Positions 17,603 through 24,782 of a stretch of DNA of 64,000 nt are shown here, piece after piece. A program made the translations under genes and the position numbers. This stretch comes from Minisyncoccota bacterium (GTDB lineage Bacteria > Patescibacteriota > Minisyncoccia > UBA6257 > 2-01-FULL-56-20). Positions within the stretch are counted from its first letter, which is position 1. Every line of letters begins with the position of its first letter. The stretch lies in NCBI GenBank assembly GCA_022843285.1, contig JALHNY010000005.1, forward strand, positions 10,315 to 74,314. The letters are read 5' to 3'. The notes under the pieces were generated by a model. The model made no database searches. It had not been told where the DNA came from and saw nothing but the letters and a program-made list of their open reading frames with translations.

Positions 17603-18315
17603 TTGAGCACCTTCGCGATGGTGGCGACGTTGCCGGTGATGACCGCGAGCGCGATGACGCCCGCGAGGCCCGCGCCGGCGATGAGGCCGACCTTCACCCA
17701 CGGGTTGAGCTCATCGGGCTTCTGCCCTTCCGGCGGAGTGAGCAGCGCGGTGCCCCCTGGAGGAGGGGTTCCGTTGCGCGTCATGTCGGCGCGCAGCGCG
17801 GTGAGGGTCTCGGTGAGGATGCCCGTGTCGCGGTCGCAGCCGCCGGTGCCCGGCAGGTACGTGATGCCCGCGTCCATCTCCTGGAAGACGAAACGCGCGC
17901 GCGTCACGACGTCGCTGGAGTAGTTCACCTTGCCCAGCAGCCACTCCAGCTCCGCGAGCATCGTGCGGACCGGTGCGCAGAGCGCAGGGAAGGAGCGCGA
18001 CTTCGGGCCGTCGACGTCGCCGAGGTAGCCGAGGCCGCTCAGCGCCGCCTGAGGCACGCCTTCATCGCAGGGCGGTGCGCCGGGGATTCCGCACGTTCGA
18101 GGCAGGAGCCCCGACGAGAAGAACCGCGCCGAGGCGCGAGCGTTGGCGTCGTTGGTGACGGCCTTGAGCCCTTGCGGGCCCATGCCGAGGTACGGGCGGT
18201 CGTTGACCTGCGCCCACTTGAGCGTGGTCGAGGGACGCCACGCCGCGGGCGCTGCCCGGCTCGGAATGAGCGAGCCCAGGGAACCGAACGAACCTGAGGT
18301 GACGACCGCGCGCAT
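17599..18315 (-). CDS. Cys-containing protein with a C-terminal TM anchor
   Basis: 238 aa. C-terminus VGLIAGAGLAGVIALAVITG. Confidence 0.55.
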   Translation of the reverse strand: MRAVVTSGSFGSLGSLIPSRAAPAAWRPSTTLKWAQVNDRPYLGMGPQGLKAVTNDANARASARFFSSGLLPRTCGIPGAPPCDEGVPQAALSGLGYLGDVDGPKSRSFPALCAPVRTMLAELEWLLGKVNYSSDVVTRARFVFQEMDAGITYLPGTGGCDRDTGILTETLTALRADMTRNGTPPPGGTALLTPPEGQKPDELNPWVKVGLIAGAGLAGVIALAVITGNVATIAKVLK

Positions 18316-18329
18316 TCACGACCTCGCTC

Positions 18330-18875
18330 TTACGTCCGCTTCGGGATGAGAATGCCCTCGAGCAGGAGGCCGTAGTCGGCGTCGTTGCCCGCGATGGCCG
18401 CTGCGACGCTCTGCAGCGTGAAGCTGGCGCGCAGCTGGTGCGTGGCGGGGAAGAGCAGCGGCGCCTGCACCGGGAACTGCAGCTTGCTGCCCATCGGCGA
18501 GCTGATGGCGCCGAGCACGACCGCGCGCGCGTCGAAGACGGCGAGGTTGCGGTCCTTGTTCTCGAGCGAGGCGATGCAGTTCGAGAGGCGGGCGACCTGC
18601 AGGTCCGACGGTGAGAGGCTCAGGTTGGCGTTGAGCACGGGCTCGGTCGCGAGGTTCGTCGACCGGTAGTACCCCGAGATGCCGTAGACGACCAAGTCCT
18701 GGTCGGAGGGCACGTTGTAGTTGTCGGTGGCCTGCGGAGTCGTCTGCCCGAGCCGCACGCGCAGGTCGATGCCCACACCACGCAGCTGTGCGGGCGAGAG
18801 CCGGAGCAGCTCGCGGAGGTAGTCCGCGACGCCGGCGCCGGAAGGAGACTGGGGAAGGCCGGGAGGACAGTTCAC
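18330..18875 (-). CDS. beta-rich structural protein; second candidate coat protein
   Basis: GTG with a GGAGCA RBS was preferred over the longer ATG form. Adjacent to the capsid-like gene. Confidence 0.45.
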   Translation of the reverse strand: MNCPPGLPQSPSGAGVADYLRELLRLSPAQLRGVGIDLRVRLGQTTPQATDNYNVPSDQDLVVYGISGYYRSTNLATEPVLNANLSLSPSDLQVARLSNCIASLENKDRNLAVFDARAVVLGAISSPMGSKLQFPVQAPLLFPATHQLRASFTLQSVAAAIAGNDADYGLLLEGILIPKRT

Positions 18876-19088
18876 GGTGGTGTGCTCCGAAAAAGGGAAG
18901 GTCGGTGCCGTCCGACCAGCGGCAGGGTCTGGTGTGTCCCCGCCCGCCGAAGGGTCCCGTGTGCAGACGGGAGAGCCCAAGGCGTTGCACTGCTATGTGG
19001 TCGGGAGGTTCTGCACCACGTTCCCGACTTCCGAGGAGACAGCCCGGCCGCCTTGGCGAGGCTGAACAGATTGGTTCGCTGGCGCGGC

Positions 19089-19733
19089 TTACTTGCCGAG
19101 CGGGCTCTTGATGACGCCGCGCAGGAAGAGCGTCACGAGCACGCCCGTGGTGGTCGTCGGCGCGGTGTAGCCGCCGGCAATCCAGGCCGCGTCGTTGAAG
19201 CGCATCTTGCAGCTGATGTCATCGTTATCCCGGAGCTGCTGGGGAACGAAGAGCGTCGGGGCTGCGGCGACCGAGGGCACGCCCACCGAGGCGGCGGCCT
19301 GACCGGCACCGGCGACCTCGTTCGAGAAGCCCGAGAGGCCGTACCCGCTGGGGTACTTGATGACCGGGCCGTTCGTGATGATGCGGCGGTTGAACCGGAG
19401 GTCCAGCGACGCGTTGCCCGCCAGGCGGCGGAAGTCGGTGAACGCGGTCAGCACGTTGCCGATGGCCTCGCGCGGGTGGAGACCGACGCGGAACACGGCG
19501 ACCTCGTCACCAGCGGCGATGCGGCCCGACTGGGGGAGGTTGCAGTGCTGGTCGTTCTTGTTCTGGATGTCGCGGAAGAAGATGAACTCGGTGCCGTTGG
19601 CGATGGCGCCAGCCGGGATGAAGACCGAGTCGTACACGTCGTCTTCGCGCAGCTCGACCTGCTGAATGGCCTTGCCGAGGGCGGGGATATACAACTCACC
19701 GGGCTTGTTCGTGGGGACGGCAATCTGGTTCAT
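19089..19733 (-). CDS. beta-rich structural protein; candidate major capsid protein
   Basis: 214 aa. Its N-terminus, VP(T/S)....PG(E/Q)LYIP, is shared with the paralog at 39741. The function is inferred only from context and composition. Confidence 0.45.
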   Translation of the reverse strand: MNQIAVPTNKPGELYIPALGKAIQQVELREDDVYDSVFIPAGAIANGTEFIFFRDIQNKNDQHCNLPQSGRIAAGDEVAVFRVGLHPREAIGNVLTAFTDFRRLAGNASLDLRFNRRIITNGPVIKYPSGYGLSGFSNEVAGAGQAAASVGVPSVAAAPTLFVPQQLRDNDDISCKMRFNDAAWIAGGYTAPTTTTGVLVTLFLRGVIKSPLGK

Positions 19734-19849
19734 GATGTTCTTTCGGGTACAGCGCGTTGACGACGAGGGACGACGTTCGACTGCATTTCGCGAGCGGTGT
19801 GCTGCTCATCAGGACCTCGAAACATTTCTGCTCGAGGTGCTGACGAGCA

Positions 19850-19874
19850 GGAGCTCTCTTTCGAGGAGAGCTCC
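19850..19874 (-). other. perfect 9-bp stem-loop (GGAGCTCTC-N7-GAGAGCTCC) in the intergenic leader
   Basis: Read directly. No T-run follows it on the minus strand. Confidence 0.4.
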
Positions 19875-19891
19875 CGTTCGGGTTCGGCTCG

Positions 19892-20479
19892 TTACATCAG
19901 CGCGCCAGCGAAGCTGCCGGGCGACTCGATGGCCACCGTGGCGCCGTTGAAGCCGCCCGGCTGTTCGACGGCGACCGTTGCGCCGTTGAACATCGAAGCG
20001 CCGCTCAGGTCGGGGGTGCCGACGCCGAAGAGGAGCGACTGGTCGGCCGCGCCGAAGCCCGCGAGCCCGCGACCGAGCGGGTTGACGCCGGACATCTGCG
20101 AGACGCCCGTGGCCGCTTCGGCCGCGTTCACCGCGTCGTTCGCGGCGGCTGCGGTGCGGTTCACCATCGGGGCGAGCACGTCCTGGGCGACCGAGCCGAC
20201 CGCCGAAGCGACCATGCCGTCACCGACCGAGCCGCCGAGGTACTTGCGGCTCGCCCCGCCGAGCGCGAGGCCCGCGAGGATGCGGAGGCCGTACTCGGCC
20301 GCGCCCTTCTGCGCGAACATCGGGCTCATCCGGAGCAGCCACGACTGCAGCATGCCGTAGACGAACGGGAAGGCGGCGGCACCAGCTCCGAGCTTGAGCG
20401 CCTCCATGAGGGACGACTTGGAGAGCCCCAGCATCGACGTGAGGCTCCCGAGGGACATGCGGTGAGTGGCGTTCTTCAT
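19892..20479 (-). CDS. Gly-rich hypothetical protein
   Basis: ATG (MKNATHRM...) with a GGAGAG RBS. First gene of the minus-strand structural operon. Confidence 0.5.
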   Translation of the reverse strand: MKNATHRMSLGSLTSMLGLSKSSLMEALKLGAGAAAFPFVYGMLQSWLLRMSPMFAQKGAAEYGLRILAGLALGGASRKYLGGSVGDGMVASAVGSVAQDVLAPMVNRTAAAANDAVNAAEAATGVSQMSGVNPLGRGLAGFGAADQSLLFGVGTPDLSGASMFNGATVAVEQPGGFNGATVAIESPGSFAGALM

Positions 20480-20588
20480 TGAAAGGCTCTCCGAGGGAGT
20501 TGGTGTTGCGCGGTTGGTGCGACGGAGAGAACAGTACAGCGGAAAAAAAGTGGACCCAGACCGCAGAGGGCCGGTAAGGTTTTCCGCC

Positions 20589-20891
20589 ATGGCGAAAACC
20601 TTCATTTCTCTCTCGCTGCCTCAGCTTCCTCACTGCGTCGCGACTGACTGCAAAGAGACGCGAATCAAAGGCCGCGGCCTGTGCCATCGGCACTACGTGC
20701 TCGAGTGGACACGCGGCGAACACGTGTTCCGCCCGAAGGCGGTACAGAAGCCCATCACGCAGGTCCGCTCGTTCCTCTACGACACCGACTTGAAGGTCGT
20801 CGACAAGCTGGCGAAGAGCGCGGGCCTGACGCGCAGCGAATTCATTCGAGACGTGATGCACAGCGTGGTGACTGCTGCTCTGGAGGAGTGA
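20589..20891 (+). CDS. zinc-ribbon plus ribbon-helix-helix-like regulator
   Basis: N-terminal CVATDC...CHRH motif. The C-terminal LTRSEFIRDVM is CopG/Arc-like. Confidence 0.45.
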   Translation: MAKTFISLSLPQLPHCVATDCKETRIKGRGLCHRHYVLEWTRGEHVFRPKAVQKPITQVRSFLYDTDLKVVDKLAKSAGLTRSEFIRDVMHSVVTAALEE

Positions 20892-20893
20892 CA

Positions 20894-21220
20894 ATGCGAC
20901 GACTGGAAAAAGTGGATGTGTCGAAGGTGACGAAGGCGGACATCGCGGCGGGCGTGCGCTTCCTCGACGAGGGCGGCTCGGTCGCGAAGGCCTTCATGAA
21001 TTCGCTCGCGGTGGGCGGCGTCATTCGCGACGACGTGATGAAGGTGGCCGGCGCCGTGACCGCGTTGATGAACTGCGGCCTCACGCGAGAGGCCGTCATC
21101 CTGCTCGTGCAGGCGAAGTGCCCGAACCAGCGGAACGGCCGCCCGATGCAGGACTACGTCATCGAGAACGTGCTCGACGCGCTCGGCAAGCTCGACGAGT
21201 TCGTGGTGAAGCCCAAGTGA
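20894..21220 (+). CDS. hypothetical protein
   Basis: GGAG RBS. In frame with ORF 20681-21220. Confidence 0.5.
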   Translation: MRRLEKVDVSKVTKADIAAGVRFLDEGGSVAKAFMNSLAVGGVIRDDVMKVAGAVTALMNCGLTREAVILLVQAKCPNQRNGRPMQDYVIENVLDALGKLDEFVVKPK

Positions 21221-21669
21221 ACACGTGCGAATGCGGGAGTCAGGAGTTCGGTCACCTGCAGGTGTACGGAGGCCGATGCTTCGTCTGGACGACGGACCGG
21301 CGCACGCTTCGAAACGCCCGAGCGCTTTCCCGCGAGGAGTACGCGCAGGCCCGAGAGAAAGCGCATCAGGAGTTTTGCGAACACGCGCGAACGCTGGCGG
21401 CAATTCGTGCGGTTGGTTCTCCGCTCGAATTCATCGCAGACGGTACGGCACTCGCCGAGGTCACGAAGCGCCTCTCCGATGTTCGACGAAAGTACGCGCA
21501 GCTCGTCCAGGACGAAGGCCTGCCCTTCATCTACTGGCTACGAGCCAACGGTGAGCTCGTCATCGCCGAGAAGGACGCGGGCACTGCCCCTTCGACCGCG
21601 CCTTCACCGGCGGGCGCGGGAACGTCTGCCCCGCCTGCACCGACGTCAGATACGCGCCCCACTGAGTAG
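21217..21669 (+). CDS. hypothetical protein with a low-complexity Ala/Pro/Thr tail
   Basis: GTG start overlapping the upstream stop (GTGA). Confidence 0.45.
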   Translation: MNTCECGSQEFGHLQVYGGRCFVWTTDRRTLRNARALSREEYAQAREKAHQEFCEHARTLAAIRAVGSPLEFIADGTALAEVTKRLSDVRRKYAQLVQDEGLPFIYWLRANGELVIAEKDAGTAPSTAPSPAGAGTSAPPAPTSDTRPTE

Positions 21670-22303
21670 CCATCGCGGTCGCGATTCCGTCGTACGTCTT
21701 CGCGCGCATCTTCCACCGCTCCGCCGACGGGCCAATCTTGTTCTGGCCCGAAGGCGTCTGGTTCTCCCAGTACCCCACGGAAGGTAGCGGCAGAACGTTG
21801 GTGGGGCGGAGCAGCGGCAGGTTCTTCAACCACAGCCACGTCGCCTTGCTCTCAGGGTGACCGAACTGCCACGGTTGAATGCACTGGTCCTTCGGACGAA
21901 TGCGTGTGCTGATGATGCTCTGCGGGTTCTCCAGCGCGATGTGCGGGATGTTCGCGTCCATCAGCGCGCGGGCGAAGTCGAGCGCCTGTTCGGTGAGCTT
22001 CGCGCGTTCGCGGGGCGGGATTTTTTCCTTCCGGCCGGGCACGTGCGTGTTCCAGTGAATGCCCGACGTCGACAGGTACGTGCAGGGCGGGTGGGCGACC
22101 ATTGCGTGGAAACCGCTGCCGCCCGGCGTGATGAGCTTCTGGTCAGCAATCACCTCGAGCACGTCACCTTGAATGTGCGGGCCGGGGCGCTCGGTGGGGA
22201 GCAGGTCGCAGCTGATGGCGTTGAAGCCTTGAGCACGGAACGCCTCACGCACGTTGCCGCTGTACTCACAGGCGATGAGGATGTTGATGTCTTGAGGACG
22301 CAC
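21560..22303 (-). CDS. putative DNA (cytosine-5) methyltransferase-like protein
   Basis: PPC(T) and ENP segments resemble C5-methyltransferase motifs IV and VI. GTG start with an AAGGTGA RBS. Confidence 0.45.
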   Translation of the reverse strand: MRPQDINILIACEYSGNVREAFRAQGFNAISCDLLPTERPGPHIQGDVLEVIADQKLITPGGSGFHAMVAHPPCTYLSTSGIHWNTHVPGRKEKIPPRERAKLTEQALDFARALMDANIPHIALENPQSIISTRIRPKDQCIQPWQFGHPESKATWLWLKNLPLLRPTNVLPLPSVGYWENQTPSGQNKIGPSAERWKMRAKTYDGIATAMATQWGAYLTSVQAGQTFPRPPVKARSKGQCPRPSRR

Positions 22304-22314
22304 GGGTCACCTTG

Positions 22315-22947
22315 TCAAGTACGGCTTGAACGCTTCTTGCGCTTCCTGGCAAAGAAGCCGCCCCGGTTCAAGTTGTTCTCGGTGCCGGTGACGACGCGCA
22401 GGTTCTCGCGCCGGTTGTCGAGGCGGTCCCGATTCTGGTGGTCGACGTAGAGGCCCGTGAGCTTCTCGCCGCCCTTCAGCTCGCGGTGCAGGAGACGCGT
22501 CTTGCGGCCGTCCTGGTAGCTCGCGTAGCCCTCGGTGACGCGCAGCGGGAAGTGGATGCGCTCAGCGTCATGCAGGTCGACCGACGTCCACCGTCCGTCG
22601 GCGAGCTGCAGCTCGGCGAACTTCCCCTTCGTGCGCATCTTCGGGGGCACGCCGCACTTGGCGACCTTCCGGCCCCAGTTGCGCAGCGCGATGACGGCCT
22701 TCCGAGAGCAGCCGTGCTGCTTCACCATGCCCTCCATGCGCGCGTTGAAGGAGAGCGCGCGCTGAGCGAGCGCTTCGTCGGCCGGCGTCCACCTCGAGCA
22801 CTTCTTCCGCTTCAGCTCGGCGAGCCGCGGAAGTCGTGCACGCGTGGAGTCTTCGCTGGCCTCTTTCGAACGCGCGTCACGCGCCCACGCCTTGATGGCC
22901 GCAGGCGTCATGTTCACCGACTTCTTGAAATCCCCGCAGAGGCTCAT
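22315..22947 (-). CDS. HNH endonuclease
   Basis: The motif VDHQNRDRLDNRRENLRVVTGTENNLNR is an HNH motif. Confidence 0.6.
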   Translation of the reverse strand: MSLCGDFKKSVNMTPAAIKAWARDARSKEASEDSTRARLPRLAELKRKKCSRWTPADEALAQRALSFNARMEGMVKQHGCSRKAVIALRNWGRKVAKCGVPPKMRTKGKFAELQLADGRWTSVDLHDAERIHFPLRVTEGYASYQDGRKTRLLHRELKGGEKLTGLYVDHQNRDRLDNRRENLRVVTGTENNLNRGGFFARKRKKRSSRT

Positions 22948-23468
22948 GCGGTGGAGCGTACATCACCGATGGCTTCGTTCATCCCCCGGAGGTACTGCTG
23001 GTAGGCGTCGACCGCCGCGTGGATGCCCCGCAGCTTCCACACGCTGTGGTTGTGGTCGATGTAGCCTTCGAGGAACTCACACGCGTGCGCCATCTCGTGC
23101 GCCAGCGCGGCGAGGTCCGAGCCGACGTAGAGGATGAGCCCGTCGGCCATGCCTGCGATTTTTCCGCCGTGCGCGGGCGAATCCCAGTCCACCGTCTTCT
23201 GCACGATGATGGAGATGGTCGACGCCATCTTCGCTCGAGTGAGCGGCGTGAAGTCGGTGTGCCTGAGCGAGAGCACGGCTGCGTTGTATGCCTCGCGAAG
23301 CATCGTCTCGTTCACCCACGCGCCCTCGACGATGTGGTACCGCGCTGTCGAACCGGGGAGCTGCTTCCACGGGATTTTCTGGCGCAGGTACGCAGGAATC
23401 ATGAACGCTGCCGCGAGGGCGAGCGTGCCGAAGATGAGCGCGACGATGAGCCACGTGGTGACGGTCAC
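22944..23468 (-). CDS. membrane-anchored putative zinc metalloprotease (HExxH)
   Basis: N-terminal TM helix. The HEMAH motif is followed by His and Glu residues. Confidence 0.45.
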   Translation of the reverse strand: MTVTTWLIVALIFGTLALAAAFMIPAYLRQKIPWKQLPGSTARYHIVEGAWVNETMLREAYNAAVLSLRHTDFTPLTRAKMASTISIIVQKTVDWDSPAHGGKIAGMADGLILYVGSDLAALAHEMAHACEFLEGYIDHNHSVWKLRGIHAAVDAYQQYLRGMNEAIGDVRSTA

Positions 23469-23827
23469 AGCTTCACCGGGGGTGAGAACACCGAGTCGAG
23501 CAGCCGCGTCATGACGTCGTGCAGCCCCTGAGCGAAGAGTGGCGCCTTCGCCGTGACGCTCACGTAGCGCGGGTCCTTGTTCAGCTCGATGAGGAAGCGC
23601 AGCTCCTCGGACGTGTACACGCGTTCGGCGATTTCGATGATGGCCGGAACCTCGGCCTTCACCGCAGCCACGTGACGTTCGTGGAACGCCTGGTACTTCT
23701 CCAGGTCGAACATGCCGACGGGGATGGTGTGCACGTGGCCGGGGATGTCGAGCAGCTTGATGTACTCGATGGCGAGCTGCTGGTGCTCGGTCACCGGGGC
23801 GATTGTTAATTCAGTCATGACAAGCAC
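23465..23827 (-). CDS. hypothetical protein
   Basis: 120-aa ORF, contiguous with the flanking genes. Confidence 0.5.
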   Translation of the reverse strand: MLVMTELTIAPVTEHQQLAIEYIKLLDIPGHVHTIPVGMFDLEKYQAFHERHVAAVKAEVPAIIEIAERVYTSEELRFLIELNKDPRYVSVTAKAPLFAQGLHDVMTRLLDSVFSPPVKL

Positions 23828-23836
23828 CCTACAGCA

Positions 23837-24268
23837 TCAGGCCACGGTGTTCACAGCACGACGTTGACACTTTCGACGCGCGCTGGCCGTCGACTCGACG
23901 AGGTTGGGCCTCACGCAATCGCAGTGGGAGGTCGCGACCTTCACGGCCTCTTCGACAGAGTCGACCGGCACGAAGTCGCCCTCGAAGGAGCCGGGGCGTA
24001 CGCACTTGTGGATGTACACGCGCTTCGCCGGGTCGAGCTTGAGCTTCGCGATGTCCTTGTCGTTGGGGAACTCGATTTCGCTCTGGCACTCGAAGCCGGG
24101 GCGACCGACGTTGGTGCACACGAGCTTCTCGGAGCCGACGCCGCGCGCTTCGCGGTACAGCTCGGGCTGCTGCACCGTGAGGTTCTTCGGGCGCAGCGGC
24201 GCAGAGAGCTCCGGCCCGAGAGCGGTCGGTGCGGGGCGAGCCGTGCGTGCTTGTTTTGAGCGAGCCAT
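23837..24268 (-). CDS. hypothetical Cys-rich protein
   Basis: 143-aa ORF. Confidence 0.5.
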   Translation of the reverse strand: MARSKQARTARPAPTALGPELSAPLRPKNLTVQQPELYREARGVGSEKLVCTNVGRPGFECQSEIEFPNDKDIAKLKLDPAKRVYIHKCVRPGSFEGDFVPVDSVEEAVKVATSHCDCVRPNLVESTASARRKCQRRAVNTVA

Positions 24269-24281
24269 GACGTTCTATTCC

Positions 24282-24779
24282 TTACTTCAGGTGAGCCCAT
24301 CGCTCACGCTTGATGATGTTCCACACCGTTCGGACGTGGAGCTTGAAGCGCTTCGACAGGACGGTGGGCGTCGTTCCGGCGTCGTAGGCTGCTCGAATCT
24401 GAAGGACCTGCTTCGAGGTGAGCTTTCCGTGTACCGCGCGCTCGCCGTGAACGTGACGTCCCTTGGCGACCATGTCTCGAGAGTTGTCGAGCGGCGTTCC
24501 CAGAAAAAGGTGAGTGGGCCGAACGCACAGAGGCGTGTCGCATCGGTGGCAGACGCTCAAGCCTTTGGGGATAGCTCCGTTGTAAATGAGCCAAGAGGCT
24601 CGGTGCGCCGTGGTAGCCGACGGCATCGAACGGAGCTTGAAGACCCCGTACTTGGGACCGGTCCGAGCACCGACTCGTCCTGTAGGTCGCCACAGCCAGC
24701 ATTTTGCTCCCTTGATGAACTTCGTCGTGAAGCGCTGCTTTTCGGCTGCCGTGATGTTCATCCCGGCAGTGTGCCCCAT
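24282..24779 (-). CDS. HNH endonuclease (HNH_3 type)
   Basis: The motif CHRCDTPLCVRPTHLFLGTPLDNSRDM matches the HNH_3 pattern. Confidence 0.55.
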   Translation of the reverse strand: MGHTAGMNITAAEKQRFTTKFIKGAKCWLWRPTGRVGARTGPKYGVFKLRSMPSATTAHRASWLIYNGAIPKGLSVCHRCDTPLCVRPTHLFLGTPLDNSRDMVAKGRHVHGERAVHGKLTSKQVLQIRAAYDAGTTPTVLSKRFKLHVRTVWNIIKRERWAHLK

Positions 24780-24782
24780 CTG

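Noticed and set aside
16745-17701. Longer N-terminal forms of several ORFs (for example 16745-17701, 879-1784, 40808-42541, 125-607)
   Set aside because: Their N-terminal extensions are Arg/His/Pro-rich and overlap upstream genes. Internal GTG or ATG starts that overlap the upstream stop as GTGA or ATGA give cleaner models.
21560-21669. The 110-nt convergent overlap between the methyltransferase-like gene's 3' end and the 21217-21669 gene
   Set aside because: This could mean one of the two C-termini is over-extended. I could not resolve it from the sequence and left both as called.
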